This document shows, piece by piece, positions 8,880 to 19,599 of a stretch of 33,787 nucleotides of DNA. The translations under genes were made by a program, and so were the position numbers. Source of the DNA: a virus (Duplodnaviria; Heunggongvirae; Uroviricota; Caudoviricetes); IMG/VR virus record IMGVR_UViG_3300044630_002233, positions 71,787 to 105,573 of that record. One strand, given 5' to 3'. The notes beneath the pieces are model-generated. The model worked only from the letters and a program-made list of their open reading frames with translations. It was not told the origin of the DNA and made no database searches. How positions within the stretch are numbered: the stretch's first letter is position 1; every line of letters starts with the position of its first letter.

Positions 8880-11800
8880 TATGAATATGCAATCAATCTT
8901 AGATTCTTAAGTTTTGGAACGTAAACTGGATGATTTGACTTCATCACAATCTTTATAGCAACATTTGAGAATGGCTTAATGTCTTCAACCGTAATAGTTC
9001 TTTCGGTAAACACATTTTGAGCATCAGATGTTGATTTCACAAATCCAGTATCAATATAATTCAAGGTATTTAGATCAGCTGCGTTTTCCCATGTTCTGTA
9101 GTAGACTTTCAAATTAGTACCCTCAGGTAAGTTTGCGTCAAACAGAATCTTGATTGAATCGGCTGGAACTTCTAAGTTCAATGTTCTTGTAACGTAGTTA
9201 GCGTTATTTGTAACACCAATCGCAGCATGGTCAGCAACATATTTATCTAATACAGAAATCTTGAATGTAGAGCCTTCGCTGGCTGTTGCCACAGTTCCAG
9301 TAGCAGGGAAGTTTCCTTCTAAAGTTACTGTTACTTTATCGCCTTCAGCGTCTCCAGAGTCAATAGTATCTGAAGAAACAACAACGCTCTTAACAAGATA
9401 TTTACCGTTTACGTTTGTAGCGCAATTTTCAATCTTCAGATATTTACCTGCTGTTAGTGTAGCCAATAAATTATCTGCAGCATCATCATCAGTAACGATA
9501 GTACATGATCCTGTACCATTAGCAAAAACTAATGAAGATGTAACTGAGTTGCTAATTAAAGTGCGCTTATCAATTTCTTCTACGTTGATGTCATATTCTT
9601 GAACATCATTCACCAAGTTTTTAACTATGTATGCTGACAACTTTTGCATATCAATTATTGGTGATACGTTTGGATTGTTTGAAGAAATTCTTGCTTGCAA
9701 TCTTAGAGAAGGACGGACAACCGATGTTACTGGGTTTACGTATTGGTTCTCTAGAGACTTAACAGTCTTTCTTGTATCAAAAATATAATCAGCGTTAGCA
9801 ACAATAGGAGCAAAGGTAGTCATTGTTCCAGCTGCATTTTCTGCGCTTACTTTATATGTTAGTGTTGTTTCTGGGAAAGACAAATCAGCAGTCTTCAAAT
9901 ATAGTTGGTCTGCTTTTAACTGTCTTGTAATAATTACACCACTTCCACCGTAGTTTCCTTTAACGAAATCTGCGGTAGTTGTTTGATAAGAAGTAGATGC
10001 CTTCTTAGCAAGCAACGGATTTGGTGGAGTAGAATTATCAGTAGTAGTAATTTCAAACACAAATGAGTCATCGTCTAAACCATCAGCAAGAACAGTCTGT
10101 GGACCATTCAATAAACTTGAAGGAATACCCAACTCTGAATCTGTTGTTCCATAATTGCCGAAAGCAACACCACTAATAACTACTTTATCGTTAGCATTAA
10201 AGCCATGATTCTTAGCAGTAACACGAATCTTAGTAGTTCCAGTTGAAACTTCAAATGGGTTAGTGCCAAGAGTAAATGCTTGAGGTGGAACTGCTTTAAA
10301 CGCAGCAGTAACCGTAGCTGAGGTATCAAATGCTGCTTTATATAAAGTAAACTTCATATCAAGCAATGGATTGATTTGGAACTCTTGTGTATTTTGTGAC
10401 AAGAATAGAGAACCAGTTAATGGTTGAGATGTAACAATGTTATTTGTAATAATATCGTTTTGACCCAACTCAGAAACAAACACTTGACATCCTGGCTCGT
10501 CAGTCTTAACAACTAGAGCATATGTCTCAGCGTCTTGTAAATAGACTGGCGCTTGGAATGTAAATCTTGTTGCGACAGATCCATCGTCAGAAACTTTTAA
10601 TTGTTGAGGTGTTAATGTTACTTCTGTTAGTGGAAGGATCTTAGAAGAAGGAACGCCATTGTTTGTTGTTCTAAGTTCAACTGTTACAGGTCTATTACCT
10701 GCTTCAGAGAAATACATATCGACACCAGTTACAAAAGCGCCACCAAGAGAACTTACTGTAAATGTTTGCGCTACTGGATCGTGACCTGTCCAGTATGAGT
10801 AGAGAACACGAGTTGATGTAGAAGTTCTGCGAACAGGAATTTCTTCATACAGTCTGTCTTGAACGAAACGAACATCTCTTGAGTTAACAACAGTTCTTTC
10901 TTTTGAAAGGGTTGTTCCTGAAGAAATATAAAGAGCAGAACCTTTTGAGTCAAAGGATGCATCGTTGTTTGAAATATTATCAATCAACTTAAATGAACGC
11001 TCTCCCGACTTGAAGGTATTAGCTGGCAGATTATAAACACCAACAGCAGATCCCCAGACATCAGTTCTAATTGGGTCTCCAAGTTTTTTCATTGTTGGAA
11101 GCAAACCAATACCAGTGTTGTTGATTAACTCTACGTCAACACGGTTCTTAAGACCAGTGCTAATGTCAGCTTGACCAGTTAACACATCTCCTGGAGCGAA
11201 ACCGTTCTTAATATTAACAACATGAATCTCCATGTCAGAAGGATACTGAACAGAAACACCACCTTCAGTTACGCTAGTGTATGATGTAACTGCTCCAGCG
11301 AATGCAACTACACCAGAAGCTGTTAGACGTTTTACTTTACCACCGTCGCCTGAGTTATAAGCTGATGTATTGTATGCGCTAAATGCTGGGATTGTTGCGC
11401 CATTAGGATCAGCAAGTGTTAGAGTTGTTCCGCTAACATTTGTTACTTTGAAAATTCTGTAGTTTAGCTCTGCGCTAGTGTTCAACGAATAGTTAATTAT
11501 TGTTGAAGTTGCTCTTATAATATCAGAGAATAAACTGTTGATTGTAGAAGGAACATTTCTTGACGCTGCTAAGTTATATAACTGTACATAGTGTCCAGGT
11601 CTAATTCCAGTTGATGATGCAACTGTCATATTGAAAGAAGTTGCTCCACTTACACTAGTAATATTTGTAATAGACTGGATTGTTGTTGCAGTATGTTCAT
11701 CATTTGTTACAACATCACCAACGCTGTATGCTGCCTCAACAACACCATTCTCAGTTCTGTAAATGCTATCTGTTAGGATTTGTTCTGTCAACTCAGATGG

Positions 11801-14800
11801 GTCAAACACCATCTTAGTAGCACCTGTTGCTAAGTTTACTTTGAATACATCAGCAGGTTTAATGAATTCGCTAATCGCTCTACCATCAAAGAAAGCATAG
11901 AATTTTGTTGTTGCTTTTAAGTTTTTAGCTACATAAACGATAGGACGTGCACGCATATATGGTGCATAAGAAATATCAACAATACGATCGCCATAGTCTA
12001 CAGCGTTCACTGTAGATGTTAGGGTTGTTTGGATACCTTCTCTAGATCTTGTTCCTGTTTCTGTAGTAACAGTTGTTTCAAATCCTGTAACTGTTTGGCG
12101 ACGACGATTAGGATCACCAGTCTGCCAAGTAGATGTAGAAGTTGAAATACCTGTCCAGTTAGTTTGCCATTCACCCCATTGAGTTCCTGTAACTCCAAGT
12201 TGCTCAGCCATGAATCGAATAGCATCATATCCGTTATCATCAACAACTGTTAAGTCTGGGCGACGTTCTGTGTCTTTCCAAACATCACTCTCTGGACTTA
12301 ATGTAATCTCACCTTTGAACGCACCAATCTTGTATGGGTTGACGTCAATAGTCCTTGTGCCATTAGGGTTGAAAATAAATACGTCTTCAGTATAAGGAAG
12401 AGAAATAAAATCTCCAGTTTTCTTATAACCGTTAGTAGTACGTTGTGCAGCAGATTCAAGATCTTCAACAATATCTACCGCAGATGTAAAGTGCATCGGG
12501 CGCAATTCACGATTCGCAGTATCAACTGATGCTTTATAATCTGCGTTTTTAACATCGCCAATACCGTGACCAGTAAATTGATCAACAATAAATCCATTCT
12601 TAAAGCGATCGATACCTGTCAATGCGTCTTTAATTTGCAACTGAGCAGTATCTGTTTCTAGTAGGTTTAGAGAAACATAATATTCAAGATTTGCAATTCT
12701 ACGCTCTAAGTCACCAATGTCACGCATTGTGTAGCGACGGTTATCACGTTGATAGAATTTAATATCTGATACGCTCTTAGTGTAAGCTGGAATCATAACG
12801 GAAGCAAGAACCATTCCGTCTTTTGGATCTAGTGGTTCTTGTGGGTTTACCGCAGGAACACCAACAACAATATTGAAACGACCAACTGAATCTAAAACAA
12901 TCTTATCGAAACGTGGTAAGTAGTAAGCGATGTCACTTAACATTTCGTTACCGATAACAGGAATTTCATTCAAGCTACTATTGCTTCCACCAATTACTGG
13001 ACGATAGTCAATAACATCATGTAGATTGACTGTTTCAATTTTACCATCAGAACTTCTTACAGAGTATGAAGGAATATCTTCATAGTCGAAATCTAAGTTT
13101 TGAGTGATAGAGTTTGTGTATGAATCAACTGAGAAATAGTCACCTGTTGTACCATGATTAAAATATTGATATACAACTCTTAGCGCACCAGAAGGAACAG
13201 ATGCTCCTGGCTTTAATATTAATGAACCATTAGTATAGTGTGTATCACGTTGTCCGTCGTCTAATATGAAACGATCGGTAACATCAATACCTGTAGTAAA
13301 ACTGTTGTTTGTAAAGTTACCTGGATTCATCAGGATTGAGTTAATTCTCAATACGTCTGATTTACCCAGAGCAACTGTTTTAGAAGTTACTGTTTTTTGA
13401 CCAGTGATATATTCTGTAACAGAGGCAAGAGTTTTTTCTTTTGCGCCACCTTCACTGTTTGCTTGATTGACAGTAGCAATCATCAAATAGTTTGTACCGT
13501 TTGCAATTTTGGATACGCTTTGAATTTCAACTTTGGTGTTACTTACAGAAAGTGTAACATCTTCTGATGTAATAGGAACGATTGCGTTTGTTGTTGTATT
13601 GATTAAGATAAAGTTAGAAATATCTTGATCAGATGCAAATGATTCTAAGTCGGTGTTAAGAGTATATTCAATCTTATTGTCGCCAGCTGTTTTAACACCA
13701 AATACACGTCTAACTTTTGTAGAAGTTTCACGTGCTGAGTATGCTGTACCATCCCAACCTAGTAAGGTCTTAATTGATTCGTATCCAACTTTAAATAGTA
13801 AGGACGTAAACTCTGGTTCATAGATTCTTGCTCTAAACAAAGAAACAACCCCATTAGTTTTAACAGCTGCAGCGTTAGCAACTAGATCTAATGTGGTATT
13901 ATTTGCTGGGCTTGATTGAACAGTTCCAACTTGTGTTCCGTCAATATAAACAACATCACCAATTCTTACATCATCAGTAAATTTAGTACCGTTACCAGTA
14001 ACAACATCAGAACTAGAAGTTGTTGATGCTGAACCTGAAAGTTGTTTAAATACTGGAACAATGTTACATGTGAAGTTTGTAGAACCACTCAATCCACCAA
14101 CGATAGACTTAACGTCTAATTCAAAAGTGAATCCTTCATTCATTACAATTTCAAATAAACTTAATTTGAAAACTGGCGCTGAGTAGTCGCCATTATGAAG
14201 TTGGAAAGATCTTACTTTAGCAGTACCGATAACATCACCACTTGATGGTGATGCGCCACCAACAGTGTTAAGTGTCTTAACAAGGTATACTGTTTGGAAT
14301 GTAGAAATATCAGGATATTTGTAAACGCTGTTTACAAGAGTATAGTTGCCGACTGGTGTAGCAATAGGTTGATTGTTTAATCTAGCTACGTGACCATCAG
14401 CTTCAGTTCTCGCTTTATTTAATGACAGATATTGTGTAGCAACCGATTCAATCTCATAACCCTGAACATATGCTTTACCTGCATCAACACCAATAACGAA
14501 TTTATCTTCGCTACCACCTTGTGTTGCCGTGTAAATACCAAGAGGTCTAGCATCATCTAATAGATGTTCAAAAGCAGATAACTTAAATTTGTTTACTTCA
14601 TAACTACCTGATTCATCAAAGGTACGTCTAGCAAATGTCTTTTCTAATTCAGCGTATGATGATTTGTCAATCTTTTGTTGAACACGACCATCTTTAACAC
14701 GCAATAATTCAATGAATCTATCTTCGTCTGCGGTTAATAGATCTTTCTTAATGAGTTCAAGTTCAATCTTATAACGATGTGCTCCTGGAGCAGCAAAGTT

Positions 14801-15592
14801 ATTTGAACCTTGTGCATTGTCGTTTAAGTTTCCATCGTCTTCTGGTGTAACAATAACTTCGTTAACACGGAAACCAACACGATTAGTTGGGTTAACACTA
14901 AATCTACCAATGTATAAGTGTAGCTCGTCGTTCTTTACAAAGAATCCGTCTACATAGTAAATACCTGCTTCTACTTCAACAACATATGAATAACCAAGAA
15001 CATCTTTGACAGGATCGTTTGTATATGAAGTACCAACCAAACCAGTATCACCGAAACTTCTAGTATTAACAACTAGATCGCCTGTTTGGTTTGTTGTTAC
15101 ACGATAGTTTGTTGTAGTTGAGTTGTCAGCTTCATAAGCAATTAGTTGCTCGCCTGGAACGAAACGCTTAGTCTCATCGTCGTCACCAGTACCCTCAATT
15201 TTATAGTAAAGAGTAGCAATTTCTTTTTCGTCAGCCAAAACGCATGCGCACTCAGACGTATCAATTACAACAGCCTTCAATCCAGAAGTAGTACCAGTAA
15301 TAACTTTATCTCTAAATTGTGTCAAGTATGACTTGACGGAAACACCTTGATACAGGTCTTCTAATTTTGCGAAGTGGACTTTGTTATCTACGTTAATATT
15401 TCCAGGGATAACCATCGATCCATTTTTAAAAATGTGATCACCCAAACGACTTACTTGTTTCTGTAAGATTGTTTGGGCTTGTGTTAATTCTCTGGCTTGT
15501 ACTGCATATCCTGGACGAAACAGAACACGAAGAAACTTATCGTCTTCTGTATAGTCGTCGTAATATGGATTTACGTTGAAGTTAATTGTCAT
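8879..15592 (-). CDS. Giant virion structural protein, DUF4815/VrlC-like (2237 aa)
   Basis: Diagnostic N-terminus NVNPYYDDY...VLFRPGYAVQARELTQAQTILQ, plus APGAHRYKIEL, RRTFDESGSY, RRYTMRDIG, DRFKNGFIVDQF and DPVAQTF. C-terminal P.LKNLR.IA. Lies directly after gp8. Confidence 0.85.
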   Translation of the reverse strand: MTINFNVNPYYDDYTEDDKFLRVLFRPGYAVQARELTQAQTILQKQVSRLGDHIFKNGSMVIPGNINVDNKVHFAKLEDLYQGVSVKSYLTQFRDKVITGTTSGLKAVVIDTSECACVLADEKEIATLYYKIEGTGDDDETKRFVPGEQLIAYEADNSTTTNYRVTTNQTGDLVVNTRSFGDTGLVGTSYTNDPVKDVLGYSYVVEVEAGIYYVDGFFVKNDELHLYIGRFSVNPTNRVGFRVNEVIVTPEDDGNLNDNAQGSNNFAAPGAHRYKIELELIKKDLLTADEDRFIELLRVKDGRVQQKIDKSSYAELEKTFARRTFDESGSYEVNKFKLSAFEHLLDDARPLGIYTATQGGSEDKFVIGVDAGKAYVQGYEIESVATQYLSLNKARTEADGHVARLNNQPIATPVGNYTLVNSVYKYPDISTFQTVYLVKTLNTVGGASPSSGDVIGTAKVRSFQLHNGDYSAPVFKLSLFEIVMNEGFTFELDVKSIVGGLSGSTNFTCNIVPVFKQLSGSASTTSSSDVVTGNGTKFTDDVRIGDVVYIDGTQVGTVQSSPANNTTLDLVANAAAVKTNGVVSLFRARIYEPEFTSLLFKVGYESIKTLLGWDGTAYSARETSTKVRRVFGVKTAGDNKIEYTLNTDLESFASDQDISNFILINTTTNAIVPITSEDVTLSVSNTKVEIQSVSKIANGTNYLMIATVNQANSEGGAKEKTLASVTEYITGQKTVTSKTVALGKSDVLRINSILMNPGNFTNNSFTTGIDVTDRFILDDGQRDTHYTNGSLILKPGASVPSGALRVVYQYFNHGTTGDYFSVDSYTNSITQNLDFDYEDIPSYSVRSSDGKIETVNLHDVIDYRPVIGGSNSSLNEIPVIGNEMLSDIAYYLPRFDKIVLDSVGRFNIVVGVPAVNPQEPLDPKDGMVLASVMIPAYTKSVSDIKFYQRDNRRYTMRDIGDLERRIANLEYYVSLNLLETDTAQLQIKDALTGIDRFKNGFIVDQFTGHGIGDVKNADYKASVDTANRELRPMHFTSAVDIVEDLESAAQRTTNGYKKTGDFISLPYTEDVFIFNPNGTRTIDVNPYKIGAFKGEITLSPESDVWKDTERRPDLTVVDDNGYDAIRFMAEQLGVTGTQWGEWQTNWTGISTSTSTWQTGDPNRRRQTVTGFETTVTTETGTRSREGIQTTLTSTVNAVDYGDRIVDISYAPYMRARPIVYVAKNLKATTKFYAFFDGRAISEFIKPADVFKVNLATGATKMVFDPSELTEQILTDSIYRTENGVVEAAYSVGDVVTNDEHTATTIQSITNITSVSGATSFNMTVASSTGIRPGHYVQLYNLAASRNVPSTINSLFSDIIRATSTIINYSLNTSAELNYRIFKVTNVSGTTLTLADPNGATIPAFSAYNTSAYNSGDGGKVKRLTASGVVAFAGAVTSYTSVTEGGVSVQYPSDMEIHVVNIKNGFAPGDVLTGQADISTGLKNRVDVELINNTGIGLLPTMKKLGDPIRTDVWGSAVGVYNLPANTFKSGERSFKLIDNISNNDASFDSKGSALYISSGTTLSKERTVVNSRDVRFVQDRLYEEIPVRRTSTSTRVLYSYWTGHDPVAQTFTVSSLGGAFVTGVDMYFSEAGNRPVTVELRTTNNGVPSSKILPLTEVTLTPQQLKVSDDGSVATRFTFQAPVYLQDAETYALVVKTDEPGCQVFVSELGQNDIITNNIVTSQPLTGSLFLSQNTQEFQINPLLDMKFTLYKAAFDTSATVTAAFKAVPPQAFTLGTNPFEVSTGTTKIRVTAKNHGFNANDKVVISGVAFGNYGTTDSELGIPSSLLNGPQTVLADGLDDDSFVFEITTTDNSTPPNPLLAKKASTSYQTTTADFVKGNYGGSGVIITRQLKADQLYLKTADLSFPETTLTYKVSAENAAGTMTTFAPIVANADYIFDTRKTVKSLENQYVNPVTSVVRPSLRLQARISSNNPNVSPIIDMQKLSAYIVKNLVNDVQEYDINVEEIDKRTLISNSVTSSLVFANGTGSCTIVTDDDAADNLLATLTAGKYLKIENCATNVNGKYLVKSVVVSSDTIDSGDAEGDKVTVTLEGNFPATGTVATASEGSTFKISVLDKYVADHAAIGVTNNANYVTRTLNLEVPADSIKILFDANLPEGTNLKVYYRTWENAADLNTLNYIDTGFVKSTSDAQNVFTERTITVEDIKPFSNVAIKIVMKSNHPVYVPKLKNLRLIAYS

Positions 15593-15624
15593 GCGTTTTT
15601 ACCTAACAAATTTATAATTAACAT

Positions 15625-15631
15625 TATTTAT
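15625..15631 (-). promoter_or_regulatory. Putative late promoter box ATAAATA
   Basis: CATAAATAA on the minus strand in the gp8/DUF4815 intergenic gap, 32 nt before the ATG at 15592, which has an AGGT SD. Confidence 0.6.
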
Positions 15632-15633
15632 GA

Positions 15634-17043
15634 TTACATTTCAACGATGATTTTAATATCTTCGATCTGGTCTAGTGCACGATTAATTGCACGACGGTTT
15701 TCTACATACAGAACATCACCACTATCGGCTTGTACTTCTGGGTTAGAAATGGCGCCAATTGTTGCAGTAGCAGTACTTGTTCCACCAACAATACCTTCTC
15801 CGTTTTGGAAAAGTTTGCCTTGTGTATTTTCAACACGAGTCTGAACATACGTAATATAATTTGTTCCACTTTCAGACCAAATTCGAACAACACGTCCAGC
15901 AGCTCCAGATGTTGCGCCAGTAATAATTTCATCTGGCTGGAATGTTCCAGAAACACCAGTCACTGTTAGTTGACGCATAGCTCTCATAGTTGTAGTAGTT
16001 GCAACTACGCTAGTGTTGAAGTTGAATGGATCACGAACTAACATAATGCGACGATAGTCGTTATCGACAGGGAAGTCGCCAGCACCGTCATCATACTCTA
16101 GACGGACGTTCATCATTACATAGAAACCACCTAGTTCTTCAACTGGATCTTTACCGTGACCACCTTTTGGTCCAATGATAGCTGAACCTGTTGCAGTAAC
16201 ACCAGTTGTACCACCAGTTAGTGTAACAGTAGCAAATGTGTAACCAGTACCCTTAGCAGTCATATTGATTGAGATAACTTTGCCAGTACCAGCATCGATG
16301 GTTGAGGTAGCAGTTGCGCCAGTACCATCACCAACGATTTGAACTGTTGGAGCAGATGTATATAAAGTTCCTTGATCATTTACAACGATATGGTCAATAG
16401 CACCATCAACAGCTGCATCTTGAGCCAACCATTGTGTATAGTAAGCATCAGTTGTTCCTGGGTTAGTAAGCAATGTTTTAACTGGAACGAAATCTGTTGA
16501 AACAAATTTCAATACGTCTGCAGGAGAAACTGTAAACATATATTTCCAAACATATCCATCAGCCAATGGACCGATTAGCGCATTAGCTGTTGTGCCAGTT
16601 GGTTTGCTTGTAGATTGAACAACAACACCATTTTTTCTGTTGTTAATGCATTTGTAAACATTGTACTCATCAGTAATGACGTAGTAGTTTGCGTCTGCTA
16701 ATGTTGCTGGTGTAGTTGCGCCACCATCATTAATGTTTACGCCAGCTGTTGTGCCATTATAGTCATGGCGATATGTATCGTAGTATTTACCTGTTGTCCA
16801 GTTGCGACGGACAATGGCAAGAGATACGTCTGAGGATTGAACACGCTTAAGAGCGATCATATCGTCCCAGTAGTATAACTCATCACTGACTGTATCTTTT
16901 GGTGTATCAGGTGAATTGTCGTTTGTCCATGATTGAGGTCTGCCGATTCCTAGATAAATGTTGGAAGCAGCAGCTTCATCAAACCCCTCTTTGAAAGATT
17001 GCGCATTATGAATGCGGAATTTTGTTGTAATAATTGCAGCCAT
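15634..17043 (-). CDS. gp8: Baseplate wedge protein gp8
   Basis: MAAIITTKFRIHNA, YLGIGRPQSW, VRRNWTTGKYYD, YNVYKCI, DGYVWKYMF, GGHGKDPVEELG and EDIKIIVEM are gp8 motifs of cyanophage type. Synteny after gp7. Confidence 0.9.
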   Translation of the reverse strand: MAAIITTKFRIHNAQSFKEGFDEAAASNIYLGIGRPQSWTNDNSPDTPKDTVSDELYYWDDMIALKRVQSSDVSLAIVRRNWTTGKYYDTYRHDYNGTTAGVNINDGGATTPATLADANYYVITDEYNVYKCINNRKNGVVVQSTSKPTGTTANALIGPLADGYVWKYMFTVSPADVLKFVSTDFVPVKTLLTNPGTTDAYYTQWLAQDAAVDGAIDHIVVNDQGTLYTSAPTVQIVGDGTGATATSTIDAGTGKVISINMTAKGTGYTFATVTLTGGTTGVTATGSAIIGPKGGHGKDPVEELGGFYVMMNVRLEYDDGAGDFPVDNDYRRIMLVRDPFNFNTSVVATTTTMRAMRQLTVTGVSGTFQPDEIITGATSGAAGRVVRIWSESGTNYITYVQTRVENTQGKLFQNGEGIVGGTSTATATIGAISNPEVQADSGDVLYVENRRAINRALDQIEDIKIIVEM

Positions 17044-17060
17044 TCTTGCTGTCTCCTAAT

Positions 17061-19595
17061 TTACGTTAGATTGTCGAAGCGAATTCGGTTGTTGTCCATT
17101 GAGTAAACTGTTGTATCCATCTCAACGGAATCAGCATCCATTCTGTAAGCCAAGTTGTTATCGAAAGTATGTCCACCAGCGGTAGAATCGAATGTAATAG
17201 CTCCTCTTGGTAGGGCTACTACATCTATGAAAGATTCAAATGCATAGTTTACTCTTCTATTAGGACTATTTATAACCTCAGCGATGGTAATAGACCCAAA
17301 ATCTTTAATTTGAGTGCTACCAATATTCCAGTAGTTATTATTGACTCCAGGATATGGTTGATTCCATTCTGGTGTATAAACGCCAATAGATCCCTTTGCG
17401 CCAGCTTGATATGGAGCAAAAGTAAACTTCCATTTTTCTAAAAAGTTTAATCTGTTACCTAATTTAATTGTAGCATCTGTTCTGTCTGGATTTACTTCGA
17501 TTTCTTTCTCGTAGTAACTCTTTCTATCAGTTGCTTTATTTAAAACTTTGTTTGCCCAGATAATAGTTTCTACTTGCTGAGCTGTTAGAGCACGTAGATC
17601 CAACAAATGAACTTCTTGTGGTGTTAGATTTGGGAAGTTGATTGTTGGTAAGAACTCTGTTTGAGAAACACGTATTGTAAGAATAGAAGCTACAAAGTCT
17701 TCTAACTTCAATGTAATTTCTTGCTTTTCTATGTCGGGGAAATTTTCTTTAGAAGGATTTCTATAATTACCGATGGCTACCATCTTAGCGTCAATAAATG
17801 CGCCAAGAACCCAAGCAAGTTTTTGTATTCTTGCGCCACCAATTAATGTAGGAGATCCATCAGCTACAGATTGAATCTGTACCTCACCGAACAGAGCAAG
17901 ACCAACTGGGTGTAATAATTTTCTAACAATGTTTCTATACTTGTCAATCGATTGACCAACTTTAATTACGTATGAGAAGTCCTGATAGAAGTAACTGTCT
18001 TGAATACGTTTTGATGCCTCTGAGATTTTACCATCAGCATTAATAAATGTTCCAAGTGTTTTACCAATAGTTCCTACAGCACCCTTCAATTCTGCTTGAT
18101 TGATCGAAGCAATTTTACCCTTAGAACCACTCTTAGCAACACCTGTTGTACCCCAACCCTCAACTGTCATATTAGGTAAGAACTCTGCTGAGTCTTCTGT
18201 AACGAAAGGATTGTTATCTTCAGATAGCAATGCTCCAGATGTTTCTAGAGCAAAACTAAATCTATCCGTAACTGGATACATCTTGTATAAGTTTCTATCA
18301 GTGTCAGCTTCAACTAGCAAACCTTCTGGTTCTTGTTGACCCTCGAGCAGAAATTTATCGCCAGACTCTAGCAATAATTCTTCTTCAGTTTCTGTAGAAA
18401 TTGATTGCGGTGCGCCTCTCAGAATTTCGCCAATAGAAAATTCTGGACTAACATTCTTCATTATCACATACGCTGGGGGGATACCATTTGGTGGGTTTTC
18501 ATAATCAAGACCAAATGATGGTATGTTTAATTTTGTAATTCTACCAATGTTATCTGATACTGCTAATAACACAGCTCCCCCTGTAGTTGCAGGTGGGATA
18601 ACAGGTGGCAATGTTGGACCAGAAACTAATGGAAGTTTGGTATAGAAGTTACCACCTGATAAAAGTTTTACGCCAGTAATTCCACCTTGAGCATCTACTG
18701 ATGAAATAACTGCTCGAGCAGAGACAAGTGAATTACCTGACGCACCACCTGTACCTGAATTATTAAAAATAAGTTCTTGACCAACTGAATAATTTTTTCC
18801 AGGCGTATCAATAACAATACCTGTAACACTACCGTTATTATAAATCTCAGAAACTTCTGCTAGTGCTCCTGCACCGATACCAGCAACAACAGAAACTGGA
18901 TCGCCTACTTGATAGTAAGAACCACCATTAACTGCACTGAACGATATAACACCTTGTCTTGCTCTACAAATAATTTTTGGTATTCCAGTTGTTTCAATGT
19001 TATACGTAGTTCCAAATGTTCCAATAACAGAATCTGCGTTTAGTGTTAATGAATAAACAAGGGTTGCGCCTTGCTGTTCTGCAATTACGTTTTCAACACG
19101 TGCTGAAGAAATAACTGCACCAAATTCATTATATTGAACAATCGTTTGAGCCAATAAGTCTAAGGGATCTCCTGAGATTGCGCTAACACGAAGAATTGAT
19201 TTTTGACTATACTTACCATCTGAGACACGAAGCATGTCCACTTTTGGAAAATACAGTTGAGGGGTTTCGTTAAATACAGCTCGAAATAAAAACTCGTAAG
19301 ATTTAGCTGTACCTTTTGAACGATAAACGTCTTGAACAACTTTTGCTAGATAACGCTTGTCATTTAAAACGTAGTCAGGAAGTTGATTTAAAATTTCATT
19401 TTTAAATTGACCAATAAAGTCATCAAGAGTTGCGTCAACATCTCGAATGTTTTCTAATTCACGAACCTGATATTGACTCTCCAACCATTCATAGTACGCT
19501 TGTAAAAACGCAATAAAAGTTTGATGGTCTTCTCTGACAAACTGGGGAGTTTGTCTAGGTACAACTGTAGAGACTTTAGTTTTTACAAGTGCCAT
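17061..19595 (-). CDS. gp7: Baseplate wedge initiator gp7
   Basis: PQFVREDHQTFIAFLQAYYEWLE, YRSKGTAKSYEFLFRAVF, IQDSYFYQDFSYVIK and HPVGLALFG. Lies between gp6 and gp8. Confidence 0.85.
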   Translation of the reverse strand: MALVKTKVSTVVPRQTPQFVREDHQTFIAFLQAYYEWLESQYQVRELENIRDVDATLDDFIGQFKNEILNQLPDYVLNDKRYLAKVVQDVYRSKGTAKSYEFLFRAVFNETPQLYFPKVDMLRVSDGKYSQKSILRVSAISGDPLDLLAQTIVQYNEFGAVISSARVENVIAEQQGATLVYSLTLNADSVIGTFGTTYNIETTGIPKIICRARQGVISFSAVNGGSYYQVGDPVSVVAGIGAGALAEVSEIYNNGSVTGIVIDTPGKNYSVGQELIFNNSGTGGASGNSLVSARAVISSVDAQGGITGVKLLSGGNFYTKLPLVSGPTLPPVIPPATTGGAVLLAVSDNIGRITKLNIPSFGLDYENPPNGIPPAYVIMKNVSPEFSIGEILRGAPQSISTETEEELLLESGDKFLLEGQQEPEGLLVEADTDRNLYKMYPVTDRFSFALETSGALLSEDNNPFVTEDSAEFLPNMTVEGWGTTGVAKSGSKGKIASINQAELKGAVGTIGKTLGTFINADGKISEASKRIQDSYFYQDFSYVIKVGQSIDKYRNIVRKLLHPVGLALFGEVQIQSVADGSPTLIGGARIQKLAWVLGAFIDAKMVAIGNYRNPSKENFPDIEKQEITLKLEDFVASILTIRVSQTEFLPTINFPNLTPQEVHLLDLRALTAQQVETIIWANKVLNKATDRKSYYEKEIEVNPDRTDATIKLGNRLNFLEKWKFTFAPYQAGAKGSIGVYTPEWNQPYPGVNNNYWNIGSTQIKDFGSITIAEVINSPNRRVNYAFESFIDVVALPRGAITFDSTAGGHTFDNNLAYRMDADSVEMDTTVYSMDNNRIRFDNLT

Positions 19596-19599
19596 TTAA

